Origin: a virus | Lineage: Duplodnaviria; Caudoviricetes | Length of the DNA: 64,000 bases | Strand: one strand, 5' to 3' | Virus record (IMG/VR): IMGVR_UViG_3300021958_000023 | Coordinates: 96,001 to 160,000 of that record | Shown here: in pieces, positions 26,965-36,960 of the stretch | How positions within the stretch are numbered: position 1 is the stretch's first letter | Layout of the letters: the number at the start of each line of letters is the position of its first letter | Translations under genes and position numbers: made by a program | Notes under the pieces: generated by a model | What the model saw: the letters and a program-made list of their open reading frames with translations, nothing else | Databases searched by the model: none | What the model was told of the DNA's origin: nothing

Positions 26965-27377
26965 CTAAACTTACCTGTCGTATATCTTTGATACCATTTA
27001 CCGTATGGTGCTATCCAAGAATTATGATTAATCATTGTTTGAAGCATCTTGCCGTTACCTATATAAAGCGAACAATGATTTGATATATTTGTACTTCCTA
27101 TACTCATTATTATTATATCAAATGGTTGTAAATTGTCAACCTCAATCATACCATACTTTTCATTTTTAAAAAACTCATCAAAAATATGTTGATGAGTTTT
27201 CTTGTACCAATCTTCGTCTACAATATCACAAAAGTCAGAAGTTTTATAGCCAACATCTTCTCCTGTTTGCTCTTTAATTACGGTAGCACATAAATTACCA
27301 CAATCTATCCCTTTTTCTATACTAGCACCTAAATGTCTATATGGAATATCTAAATATCTTGTAATCCATGTAGGCAT
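26943..27377 (-). CDS. NlpC/P60 domain protein (lambda K C-domain-like)
   Basis: YLDIPY...GIDCGNL...NHCSLYIGNGKMLQ; probable start MPTWIT at 27377. Confidence 0.8.
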   Translation of the reverse strand: MPTWITRYLDIPYRHLGASIEKGIDCGNLCATVIKEQTGEDVGYKTSDFCDIVDEDWYKKTHQHIFDEFFKNEKYGMIEVDNLQPFDIIIMSIGSTNISNHCSLYIGNGKMLQTMINHNSWIAPYGKWYQRYTTGKFRWKNFNF

Positions 27378-27399
27378 TGTTTGTAAAGCATTTTCATAC

Positions 27400-28917
27400 T
27401 TACTTCGGTAATGTTCTCCCTGTTCCAATAAACCCCCCAAAATGTATCTGATTATTTCTTAAACTACAAGCCTCATAGTTTTTAGCGCAAACATCTTCTG
27501 ATTGTTCGCTAGTAGTTGCGTTATTAATAGTAAAAAATCCATTAGCAGTTTTTGTTTTTCCAGTTGGATAACCTGCTATTTGTCCTGTCCCATCGGCAGG
27601 ATACTGACATTCTTCTCCTTTATAGATCCATTGACAAGTATTTTTATAGTATTTTCTTCTTGGTAAAACAAATTTAAAATACTCTAACCAATTAGTTAAA
27701 CTAAAAGATGCAGCTTTTTCATTCAAACCAGTTAATGTTTCTATTTTGAATACGTCTTCTACATATGCTTGACTATCTCTATCTGGATTAACAATATAAA
27801 CTCTATCACCAATAACAGTATCTATTGCATTTTCAAGTTGTAAAAAGTTACCTCTTACTTCTTTAACAATAGAATGTTTTGTAGTACTACCCGCAACTAT
27901 AACATTATCACCTACTCTATAAGGTAAAGAAGAATACATCTCTACTACATTAGCACGTGTTTCTCTTACAGTACTATACTCAGGCCAATAGTCTAAACAA
28001 GAAGCAAAAGTAGTTTTTACCTCAACAACAGCCCCTAATAAGTCTCTAGAGTCTTGCTTTAGTTGTTTCCAAGTTCCTCCAACTGCTTGTGTTTGTCCAT
28101 AAGTAAACGCTGAATTGATAGTACCGCCGTACACTCCATCCACAACAGTTTGATTATAGTCTGTATGAGTTGGAACAGTTCTAGGATCAATATTAGAAAC
28201 TAGTTGTCCATTTACTGTAGCATATACAGAATTACTTGTATTGTTACCAGCAATATAAGGATCTTCTACAATTGATGCTATGAGATTGTCAAAATTTGAA
28301 ATATTTACTGTAGTTTGATTTACCATTCCATCAGAGCCTATTTCTGTACCGCCAAACTCTATTGGATAAACTAAATATTCTTTTCCATCATGAAAAGAAC
28401 GATATTCAATGTCTGATAAGAAATCACCGTTTATAGATGCAAAATGATAAGGAAATCCTACAGGCCAAGCTAATCCTTCTCCGGCATTTGAAGGATTACC
28501 ATATTTATTAGGGGGATAGAATTCTCCAGAATAATAGATAGATATTAGTCTAACTATAGGTGACTGTTCTACAGCATTTTTAAAAGAGGTAAAACCACCA
28601 AGAGTAACATCTGTTATACTTCTAGTAGAGGTTCCGCTTGTTGTACTGTATTTAGTTGGAGTAAAAGTTAAATTACCAAAGTCAAGAGTTGTATTACCTC
28701 CAGTGGTAGATACCGACTGAATACTAACACTTTCTCCTGCTTCAAAAGCATAATAAGAATTAGCTAGTTTTACTTTTACTTGACTATTTGCTCTATCTAC
28801 ATTTACAATACGGGCTTCAGTAGAAGAAGAACTTCCAACTATTACATTATCTTTAAAATAACTGTTTAGATTACCGCCTGATAAAGTTAAGGTGTAATCA
28901 TAAGCACGACTAGACAT
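27400..28917 (-). CDS. Minor tail protein (lambda L-like) with insertions
   Basis: YPIEF, NISNFD, DLLGAVV, LPRR...NTCQWIYKGEECQY...DVCAK...C..R...FGGF Fe-S-type Cys motif. Confidence 0.8.
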   Translation of the reverse strand: MSSRAYDYTLTLSGGNLNSYFKDNVIVGSSSSTEARIVNVDRANSQVKVKLANSYYAFEAGESVSIQSVSTTGGNTTLDFGNLTFTPTKYSTTSGTSTRSITDVTLGGFTSFKNAVEQSPIVRLISIYYSGEFYPPNKYGNPSNAGEGLAWPVGFPYHFASINGDFLSDIEYRSFHDGKEYLVYPIEFGGTEIGSDGMVNQTTVNISNFDNLIASIVEDPYIAGNNTSNSVYATVNGQLVSNIDPRTVPTHTDYNQTVVDGVYGGTINSAFTYGQTQAVGGTWKQLKQDSRDLLGAVVEVKTTFASCLDYWPEYSTVRETRANVVEMYSSLPYRVGDNVIVAGSTTKHSIVKEVRGNFLQLENAIDTVIGDRVYIVNPDRDSQAYVEDVFKIETLTGLNEKAASFSLTNWLEYFKFVLPRRKYYKNTCQWIYKGEECQYPADGTGQIAGYPTGKTKTANGFFTINNATTSEQSEDVCAKNYEACSLRNNQIHFGGFIGTGRTLPK

Positions 28918-29927
28918 TAATCAAATACCTCTACTAAATCAAAACCAACAGAATAAAAATTATCAATAGGATTTGTACCAGCAGAGAGAACTTGTCTAAT
29001 ATCTAAATTGCTATCAAAACGAACTGTAATAGTTCCTGGCTCATTAATATGTGTTAGTTCAAATAAAAATGCTTCAAAACCACCTGATCTAGCACGATAG
29101 AATTCTTCAATAGCGGATTTAACAATTCCTGTGACATTAGTATACTCTATAGAAAACTTTCTCTTTGGTCTTCTACTTATAAGTCTTCTTTTTTCGTATC
29201 CTGCCTGAAATTCAGCTGTTTTATAGTTATATTCTTCTGAGAATTGAATTCCTGAGCGATCAGGTTTTTTATCTGCCATTGAATCTAAACGAGAAATTAC
29301 CTTCTCTTTATTGAAAGTTGTAAGAGACAGAGTATTAACACCGCCGGTAGGATCAGCTGTTGTATTAGATAAAGGAATTGTAGCAGCTGTGTCTGAGCCA
29401 ATATTTATTCCTTGTGATCCTAGTGTTGAGGATGGGTACGTAAATTCTGAAGCATTTTGAGTAACACCGTCTATTGATACAAGAATATCATCTTTTACAT
29501 CTATTTTACTGTTTTCTGGAAGAGCAAAATGAAGTTGATTGCCATCAATTGCAAAACTATTACTAGATACTGTAACATTTGCTCCAGAGTATGTAATAGT
29601 TTTAACATCGGGGAAAGCACGAAGTATCTCAAATGAGGGAGGAATTCTAATAACACGTAATTCTACATTAAGACCTAAACCAGGAGCGTCATCGAATACG
29701 ATTGTATTTTTTAAACTTGTATTTAAAGTATTAGTATTACTTAAAGAGTAAGCACTAGTAGACTGAGGCACACCCTCAACAACAGCAACAACTTCGCCAA
29801 CTTTTTCAGCAGGTTCTGATAAATTAAATGCTGTTTGAGTACTTGTACCTGTATAGTTTATTCTAGATAAAGCAGGGATTAATAGAGGATTAAATGTTGC
29901 ATCGTTTGGATATCTTGCTGTTGCCAT
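28917..29927 (-). CDS. Distal tail protein (lambda M-like C-terminal domain) with two N-terminal beta modules
   Basis: Follows tape measure; F.AGYEKRR...F.ARSGGFEAFLF...VRF...FDLVEVF; N-terminal modules resemble those in the fibre genes. Confidence 0.7.
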   Translation of the reverse strand: MATARYPNDATFNPLLIPALSRINYTGTSTQTAFNLSEPAEKVGEVVAVVEGVPQSTSAYSLSNTNTLNTSLKNTIVFDDAPGLGLNVELRVIRIPPSFEILRAFPDVKTITYSGANVTVSSNSFAIDGNQLHFALPENSKIDVKDDILVSIDGVTQNASEFTYPSSTLGSQGINIGSDTAATIPLSNTTADPTGGVNTLSLTTFNKEKVISRLDSMADKKPDRSGIQFSEEYNYKTAEFQAGYEKRRLISRRPKRKFSIEYTNVTGIVKSAIEEFYRARSGGFEAFLFELTHINEPGTITVRFDSNLDIRQVLSAGTNPIDNFYSVGFDLVEVFD

Positions 29928-32900
29928 TATCTACCTCTCATCGCTTTTCTTACTTTACCGTTGTTTTCAATATCTTTTACTACAAGATCAATAATAAGTT
30001 GTCCCATATCATTTCTGACTGTTGAAGATTCAACCTGTTGTGCAGTGCCATTATTTTGTACATTGACTGTAACTGGAGGAGTTTGTCCGTTCATTTTACC
30101 TGTTGCATTTAACTGATTAAGGGCAGAACCTCCAATAGCTTTTGCAGCTGGCTTACGAATCACAAACTCGCCTGGTTCTAACAAAGCAGGAACTCTGTCG
30201 CGAAGAGTATTTACAGGTCCTCCTTTTGCAAAACGCATAATACCACCATAAGGATCTACTTTACCACCACCAGCAAAACCAAATGATGCTGCAGCCTTTT
30301 GTGCCATAATACGAATAAACATTTCAAGAAATGCTGCAATAATAGCCTTTTTAAAGTCGCCTGTAGCAGCGAGCACACCTGCAAAAGCAGCAATGGTAGT
30401 GCCTTTTACATTTTCCATAATTCCTGAAACTCCTGAATTAATTTCTGCTCCAATCTCTTTAACACCTCTCTGCCCATCACCAGCAGCACCTGATTGAAGA
30501 GCTTGTGTTTTAGTAGCTGAACCATCTTCTGATTTAGATTTTATCAAAGCTGTAGTAAACTTGTCTTTTGCTTTATCAACATAAGAAATGACTAAATCTT
30601 TGATTGGTTCATTGATTAGATTGTCAATAAAGGCTTGTTGAATATCTAAAAGAAGATTAACAAATAAAGTTTTCACTCCTTCTCTGAATGTTTTTGTGGT
30701 AAGAGTACCTTCATTAATAGCTTTAAAGAAATCATTTACTGAACCAGTTAAAGTACCAGAAATACTAGACTTCAAATCATTAGCAATGTTAGTAATTAAA
30801 TCAAACTCTTCTTTTAACTGACGAACTTTTTCTTCGTGATTTAATAATTCAAGAGCTGCCTCTTTATCAAGGTTCTTGATAATATTATCAAACAGTTGTT
30901 TTTCTATATCTTGTTCAATTGCTATATTAGCTAATTTTTTTACAATAAGATCATTAGCATTTTTAATATCATTTATTGCAGCTTGATTTTTTTCTGATCT
31001 TAGTTGGTTTTGTAAGTCTCTTTCTTTTTCAATTAATGCAGTTACCTCATCATATAAAGATATTTTTTTATTTAACTCATCTCTAGTAATTTCGCTTTGA
31101 GCTTTTGAGTTTTTAACTTGAAGTTTATAAGTATCCATAATACCGTCTTTAGCATCTTTAATATACTCATCTAAACTTTGTCCTCCAATATCAAGACTGA
31201 TTTTACCTATGTCTGGAAGTTCAACTTCTTTTATTATACCGATAGCTTTTAAAAGTCCATTAATTATATCTGACTCAGCTTCAATTAATTTTTTTCTACC
31301 TTCTAAGTAGCTTTTTGCTAATTCTATTTCTCCTTTTAGTAAAGAATAGTTTGCCTCAACTAATTTTAGTTCTGCTAATCTGTTATCTTTATCTGCTTCG
31401 ATTTTAGCAAGGTTGATTTTTTCTTGAGTATTTAATACACTTATTTGCAATTCAAGAGCCCTTCTTTCGTTTGCTCTTTTCTTATCTTCTAGTTCTTGTA
31501 AAGGAAGAATTATTTTATTATATTCAAAATTATTTTCTTTTCTCAATGCTGCAATTTTTTCATCATTAATGTCTTTTTCTGCTTGTAACATTTCCATTCG
31601 ATTACTGAGTTCAACTTTTTTCACATCATACTCAAACTGAGCAATAGCACGTCTTCTTTCAATATCATTAAGATTATTTTGATTTTCTACCTCTAATAGT
31701 TTCATTCTAGCATTAAACTGATTTTGAGAAGTAGAAGTAGCAGCCTTTTCAACTTCTATTCTAGCATTTAAAAGCGCTTTTTGATCATCTAATTCGCTAG
31801 TAATTTGTGTACCCTCTAGCTGTGCTCTTGCTAGCTTACTTTGCAAAGACTCTCTTTCTTGGTCAAGTTGTAGTAAATTTTTATACTGTTCTAACTCTTT
31901 TACTCCTGCTTGATTTCTTGCTTTTTGTAGCTCTAAAGAAATTTTTTCTCTATTAATACGCTGAATTCTTACATCTAATAATTCTTTTTCAAGTTTATTT
32001 TGAGATACAAGCGCATTTACAGCAATTAATTTGTTTTGAAGTTTTAGAGCGTCAATCTGTTGTTTCATCTGTATAGCTCTTTTTTCTTCTATTAGTCTAA
32101 TCTTTTCTAGTTTTGCAGGTAATTGAATAATAATACCTGCTTGAGCTTTAAGGGCTGCAATACCAGCCTGATAAATATTAACTGTATCGCCATTTAAATT
32201 TTTACCTTTTTTCTGTTCATCATTTAAAGTATTAAAAGCATCAATAGTTTGTTGTAAGTACTTAACTCTATTAGCCTGTTGTTCTGCGGCATTTTTAGCT
32301 AGAGAACCGTCTATTCCTAAAACACCTTGAGCAATAGCAGTATCGACTGCTCTAATTTCTTTAGAAAAAGATTCTCTAAATGTTTTTAAGTTTTTTTCCG
32401 CTGCTAATAGTTTCTCAGTTTCTTTACTTTGTGTTTGTATTCTATAAGTTAAAAATAGAATACTTTCTGCTAATGCTTTATTTTGTCCACCAGCAGCTTT
32501 TTGAGCTTCTTCTAATTCTTTTAATATATTTTTATATCCTAAAAGAGTTTTTGCTGATTTCTCAGCAGTAATAGTTCCTGCATTAAAGGCATCATCATAA
32601 GTAGTTTTAAGATTCGCTAGTTTAGCTTCAGAATCGAATACTACTTCACCAAATTCTGTAAATCTAGCTACTCCGTCTTGTCCAACCTGTCCTATTGATT
32701 CACCTAATATTAGAATTTCTCCAGAAGCCTCTCTAGACAATCTACCAGCGTCTTTTATTTTTATAATAGCAGCAGCGAAAGCTTTTTCTGATAACCCAGT
32801 GTTTTCTGCTCCTCTAGATATTTGAAAACTAAATTCTCCTAAACCAGATGATACAATTTTTAGAGCATCTTTTAAAGCATTATAAGCTAGAGTTTGTTTA

Positions 32901-34702
32901 GCTATATCCCCTGTACCAGTATCCATCTCTTCTCTAAGCTGTCTCATGCGACCTGTTAATTCTTTTATTTGTTCATCAACAGGAACAGCTACTGTTTTTA
33001 AAAGCATAGCTTCCCACTCATTCATAATTTCTATATTATCTACAGTAGTAGTTGATACAGATTTTATAGCTGTATTAACTAAGTCAGCATAATCAGCAGC
33101 TTCTTCAAGTCCTGCTAATTCAATCATTGATTGACTTACATCTGTTACAGCTGATACTAACCCTTTAAATCCTTTTTCTATCATTCTTTGTTCTTCACCA
33201 AGTTTAGAAAACCAATTAACTACTGAACCAATGGCATCAATACCAAAAAACTGTAATATAGATTGTATTGTAGTTACTGCAAAAAACAATAGATTTAATT
33301 TAGATAGCGCAAACCCTACTGCAGTACCAAATGCTGTAACAGCTACAGAAGCTACCTTAGTGCTTTTAGCTAAAAATCTGGAAGCTATTCCAGCTTGCTG
33401 TTCTGCCAAGGTTAGTTCTCTAACAGTTTGTGTTAATGCTCGTGTTCTTCCTCTTGATTTTTCTAAGGCTATATTTTTCTGTTCTAAAGTTCTATTACTT
33501 GCTCTAACTGCAACCTGAAAAGCACGTTCTTCAGCTATTTGAGCTTTTAATGCGTCTCTTGCTGCTTTTGCCTCAGCTACTGAACCAATAGAACCACTTA
33601 AAACAGCTTGTTTAGCTTTTGTAGCTTCTCCAGCTATCTCTCTACGACCTGCAAAACCTCCTTGACCAACAAAGCCTCCAGCAGCTTCTGTTGCTTTAGC
33701 AGTTGTAGCTGCAAATTGTTCTGAAGTCCCTCCTAGTTTTCGAGAAAAAGATTCTAAAGTTCCTAGAGCTTTATTAAGACCAACAACAGAAGATTGGGTA
33801 AATTGTGCTACTTGTTGTGCTGCTCCTCTAAATACAAGAGTAAATATACCTCCTAAAACTAAAAGAGTATTACCAAAATCTTTTGACAAAAAAGCCACAA
33901 AAGGTTCTATAAAATTGGCTATAGATATACCAATTTTAGTAGCTAAGTCTAAGAATTTTGCGGAAAGTTGTTCGAGAGATTTTTGCGCACTGCGAGAAGA
34001 TAAGTCGATTTCATTAAATTTTCTCTGACCTTCTTCAGCTACAGCATTAGCAAACGCTTGACGACGTTCAAACTCAGTTAATGATCCTACGCTTCTATTT
34101 AACGATGCTGCATATTTTTCAACAGCTGGCTCAATACGAGTAAAGATACCAATTTCGTCTAATAGTTCAGGTTCTAGTTTAATAGCACCACGAAATACAC
34201 GCTGAATAGACTCAGTTAAATTTCTACCCAAAGCTTTGGATGCTTTAGTAGCTACTTCAGTTAGTTGCTCAATTTGATCTGTATTAAAACCCGCAGATAA
34301 AGCAATGTTAGCATTTTGAGCAGCTTCAGCGGCTGTTAATTGACCTTGTGTTACTTCTTGAAGTTTAGATATAATAGCATCACCACTTAATCCAATTTCA
34401 GCAGCAAGTGTACGAGTACCTCTAATAGTAGTTTCAACTTGAGCAGCGCGAGATAGTGCAGAAAAAGCCTGCTGGACTGCAAAGATATTTGCAGCTGCAC
34501 CAGCATAAGCAGCAACAAAACCGCCTAAGCCAGAGGCTTGAGCGGCAAATTGTCTACCTGAAGCAGCAGAAGCTTTTCCTAAATTTTGAGAGGAACGAGT
34601 AGTACGCTCTTGAGCTTGATTCAGCTTATTGACGTCTTTAGCAGCTTTATCAAAACCTTGTGTGGTAGCTTTGGTACGAATCTCATTTATTCTACTAGCC
34701 AT
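29927..34702 (-). CDS. Tape measure protein (T5 pb2-like)
   Basis: 1591 aa helical; T5-like N-terminus (AYAGAAANIFA...GAIKLEPELLDEIG), hydrophobic segments, C-terminal FAKGG...DRVPALLEPGEFV. Confidence 0.9.
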   Translation of the reverse strand: MASRINEIRTKATTQGFDKAAKDVNKLNQAQERTTRSSQNLGKASAASGRQFAAQASGLGGFVAAYAGAAANIFAVQQAFSALSRAAQVETTIRGTRTLAAEIGLSGDAIISKLQEVTQGQLTAAEAAQNANIALSAGFNTDQIEQLTEVATKASKALGRNLTESIQRVFRGAIKLEPELLDEIGIFTRIEPAVEKYAASLNRSVGSLTEFERRQAFANAVAEEGQRKFNEIDLSSRSAQKSLEQLSAKFLDLATKIGISIANFIEPFVAFLSKDFGNTLLVLGGIFTLVFRGAAQQVAQFTQSSVVGLNKALGTLESFSRKLGGTSEQFAATTAKATEAAGGFVGQGGFAGRREIAGEATKAKQAVLSGSIGSVAEAKAARDALKAQIAEERAFQVAVRASNRTLEQKNIALEKSRGRTRALTQTVRELTLAEQQAGIASRFLAKSTKVASVAVTAFGTAVGFALSKLNLLFFAVTTIQSILQFFGIDAIGSVVNWFSKLGEEQRMIEKGFKGLVSAVTDVSQSMIELAGLEEAADYADLVNTAIKSVSTTTVDNIEIMNEWEAMLLKTVAVPVDEQIKELTGRMRQLREEMDTGTGDIAKQTLAYNALKDALKIVSSGLGEFSFQISRGAENTGLSEKAFAAAIIKIKDAGRLSREASGEILILGESIGQVGQDGVARFTEFGEVVFDSEAKLANLKTTYDDAFNAGTITAEKSAKTLLGYKNILKELEEAQKAAGGQNKALAESILFLTYRIQTQSKETEKLLAAEKNLKTFRESFSKEIRAVDTAIAQGVLGIDGSLAKNAAEQQANRVKYLQQTIDAFNTLNDEQKKGKNLNGDTVNIYQAGIAALKAQAGIIIQLPAKLEKIRLIEEKRAIQMKQQIDALKLQNKLIAVNALVSQNKLEKELLDVRIQRINREKISLELQKARNQAGVKELEQYKNLLQLDQERESLQSKLARAQLEGTQITSELDDQKALLNARIEVEKAATSTSQNQFNARMKLLEVENQNNLNDIERRRAIAQFEYDVKKVELSNRMEMLQAEKDINDEKIAALRKENNFEYNKIILPLQELEDKKRANERRALELQISVLNTQEKINLAKIEADKDNRLAELKLVEANYSLLKGEIELAKSYLEGRKKLIEAESDIINGLLKAIGIIKEVELPDIGKISLDIGGQSLDEYIKDAKDGIMDTYKLQVKNSKAQSEITRDELNKKISLYDEVTALIEKERDLQNQLRSEKNQAAINDIKNANDLIVKKLANIAIEQDIEKQLFDNIIKNLDKEAALELLNHEEKVRQLKEEFDLITNIANDLKSSISGTLTGSVNDFFKAINEGTLTTKTFREGVKTLFVNLLLDIQQAFIDNLINEPIKDLVISYVDKAKDKFTTALIKSKSEDGSATKTQALQSGAAGDGQRGVKEIGAEINSGVSGIMENVKGTTIAAFAGVLAATGDFKKAIIAAFLEMFIRIMAQKAAASFGFAGGGKVDPYGGIMRFAKGGPVNTLRDRVPALLEPGEFVIRKPAAKAIGGSALNQLNATGKMNGQTPPVTVNVQNNGTAQQVESSTVRNDMGQLIIDLVVKDIENNGKVRKAMRGR

Positions 34703-34710
34703 TAATCATC

Positions 34711-35085
34711 CTATCTAAATTTGGAACCAGCTTTTGCTTTTCGTTCTTCTTGTTTACGCTTTTCTTCATAAAATTTGCTATATTCTTGAATACAAATTTG
34801 AAGCATTTCAAAAGTATCTTTCCAGTTTACCATTTGAAATATTGTCATAATATCTGATAAACCCGCATACTCTTTACCTAACCAAACTCCATTCATACCT
34901 TCAACTTTATCAGGTAATACATTCATTAATACTAAAGCTTGTTGAGCCTCTAAAGATAAATCTGAAGTATCAAGAGGTTGGTCATCAAAATCTTGCCAAC
35001 CCATTTGATCTGCCATTAACCAATATTGTTCTTTTGTAATACCTCCACCTACAAAATTAGACTGGAGGTATTTTATTAGTTTTTT
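34711..35085 (-). CDS. Tail assembly chaperone, -1 frameshift extension (gpGT-like C-terminal part)
   Basis: The -1 frame from the slippery site reads KLIKYLQSNFVGGGITKEQYWLMADQMGW..., in frame with ORF 34711-35016. Confidence 0.8.
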   Translation of the reverse strand, partial: KKLIKYLQSNFVGGGITKEQYWLMADQMGWQDFDDQPLDTSDLSLEAQQALVLMNVLPDKVEGMNGVWLGKEYAGLSDIMTIFQMVNWKDTFEMLQICIQEYSKFYEEKRKQEERKAKAGSKFR

Positions 35086-35507
35086 TCCGCTTCAGCTTTT
35101 TTTGTTACTGAAAACTGTTCAAAATCATTCATACAATCAGTAATAAACTGATCAAATACAGAAGAGTTTTTAATTAGTTCAAGAGCTTCTTCTTCTGAAT
35201 AGGCTACGTTTTCTTCTAGATTAACCCCTGTTAAATCAACAGGCAAGAGTTGTGGAAGATTTTTTAATTTTAAACCTTTCCATCCTCTAATTGCTTTTTT
35301 AGTATAAGCTTCTAAAAACTTATCTTGATCAATCTCTTCTTCTCGCTGACGAGTACGTTTATTAAATTTATAAGTTAAACTTTGGTTTCTAATCTTAACT
35401 AGATCTTCTCTGCTAAGATACGCAATTTTTAAAATAAAACCATCAATGTCTGGATATTCTACTTCAGTGATAGTTTCTGTTGCAATTAAATTTGAAATTT
35501 TACTCAT
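35076..35507 (-). CDS. Tail assembly chaperone (gpG-like)
   Basis: Position between tail tube and tape measure; AIRGWKGLK motif; slippery end. Confidence 0.8.
   Translation of the reverse strand: MSKISNLIATETITEVEYPDIDGFILKIAYLSREDLVKIRNQSLTYKFNKRTRQREEEIDQDKFLEAYTKKAIRGWKGLKLKNLPQLLPVDLTGVNLEENVAYSEEEALELIKNSSVFDQFITDCMNDFEQFSVTKKAEAEKN
35079..35085 (-). other. Programmed -1 ribosomal frameshift heptamer A AAA AAC
   Basis: GAA AAA AAC TAA at the end of the chaperone ORF; X XXY YYZ pattern; open -1 frame. Confidence 0.8.
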
Positions 35508-35533
35508 GTTTTCCCCCTACTAGGTGTTAATAT

Positions 35534-35641
35534 AAAAAAAGGGTGTCCATCATTATTAGCTAAAACAGAGCTGAGGGGGAAGCTCGTTGTTGCTCATGAT
35601 GAACACCCACATGAAATTATTTACCCCCTCAAGTAATAATT
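35534..35641 (-). terminator. Long terminator hairpin plus upstream hairpin with complementary loops
   Basis: GGGTGTTCATCAT...GAGC-TTCCCCCTCA-GCTC...ATGATGGACACCC-TTTTTTT; upstream AATTATTAC-TTGAGGGG-GTAAATAATT. Confidence 0.75.
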
Positions 35642-35644
35642 TTA

Positions 35645-36949
35645 TTAGTTATTATCACTTTTTACGAAGAACTCAATCTCGTCTCCAGAACCACGCTGAC
35701 CTTCTTGTGCAAGGAAGTCAACAGACATTCCAAGAACATCATCAATTTGATGAACTGGAAAGTTAAACTGCACTGCTGGCATTGCAATATGGAAATATGG
35801 AGCAGTTCCACCACCAATTTGAATGTTAGCAGAGCTAGTAATTGCGTGAGACACACGAGAGTCATTCACAACTTTGTTCAAGAACTGTGCAGAGTTTGCT
35901 CTTGTGGAGTTTTCTGAAGCAGATCTTAGATATGCAGTAAATGATCCTGTGATTGTTCTAGATCCTGTAAACTGCCCAATTGGAGTGTTCAGAGCAGCTA
36001 GTTCTTCTGGTGTTAGATATGTAACATCGTTAGAGTAGCTAAAGCTTAGACCAGTTACAGGGAATGAGTATACGTTAGCGCCTTCTGCAGCAGATCCTTG
36101 ATGTGAAATCTCAATAGCACTTAGACGGTTTTTAATAAAGTCAACAGTATAAGTTGAACCTTCTACGTTCATTGTTGCATAAGGATGGTGTGAAGCTGCG
36201 GCTGTAGTAGTAATAGATGCATTAGGAGTAATAGTAGAACCATCGTTGTTAACTCCTCCAAATACAGCAATAGCCTTATTTCTTGCATCGCCTGTTAATT
36301 CAACCATTTCTGTACCAAAACCACTCCAAGTAGTAGTTGCAATTCCATCAACAGAAGCATCGATTTCACCACTGTTTACAATCGCTTTCTTAACTTGGTA
36401 TACAAGGTTATCAAGCTTAAAGTACATATGATTTTCTTGAGCAATAGCAAAGTTAGAACGAGTTGAATGTGTGTTTGCTGATGCTGCAGTATTTGCTGAT
36501 TTAATTTTAGCAGAAGAGGTGTTAGTATCATAGAACCACACAGACTGTTCACCACCGTTTGAAGATGCAGGAGCTGTATTACTAATTAATGATTGCCATA
36601 AATACCAATCAGCTACAGGTTTTGAATTTCCTGTTTCTGCTAATCCTGTACCTTGAGAAGGATCATTTACTTCTGCTCCAGTAGGTCTTAAATATGTTTG
36701 AAAATTCCACTCCACAGGATTACGTGCAGTGTTAAATCTTTGTACACTTCTGTCTGGGTCTAATCCACTCTCTAATGAGGTGATATCTTGAACCGCAGAA
36801 TCAGCAGAAAGAGCGTACCCCGCTAAAACCTCAATTCTCCAGGTATTAGCAGGAGTAAGATCAGCAGCTGCTGTTGAAGTCAGCGACAAGTCTTTTATTG
36901 AGTAAAAGACTGTAGTATTTCTTTGTAAGTTTAGCTGAGTACCCGCCAT
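35645..36949 (-). CDS. Major tail tube protein (T5 pb6-like)
   Basis: LQRNTTVFYS, IEVLAGY, RFNTARNPVEWNFQTYLRP, FIKNRLS, YLTPEELA.LN.PIG.FTGSR.ITGS.TAYLR. Confidence 0.85.
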   Translation of the reverse strand: MAGTQLNLQRNTTVFYSIKDLSLTSTAAADLTPANTWRIEVLAGYALSADSAVQDITSLESGLDPDRSVQRFNTARNPVEWNFQTYLRPTGAEVNDPSQGTGLAETGNSKPVADWYLWQSLISNTAPASSNGGEQSVWFYDTNTSSAKIKSANTAASANTHSTRSNFAIAQENHMYFKLDNLVYQVKKAIVNSGEIDASVDGIATTTWSGFGTEMVELTGDARNKAIAVFGGVNNDGSTITPNASITTTAAASHHPYATMNVEGSTYTVDFIKNRLSAIEISHQGSAAEGANVYSFPVTGLSFSYSNDVTYLTPEELAALNTPIGQFTGSRTITGSFTAYLRSASENSTRANSAQFLNKVVNDSRVSHAITSSANIQIGGGTAPYFHIAMPAVQFNFPVHQIDDVLGMSVDFLAQEGQRGSGDEIEFFVKSDNN

Positions 36950-36960
36950 TTTTTAACTCC

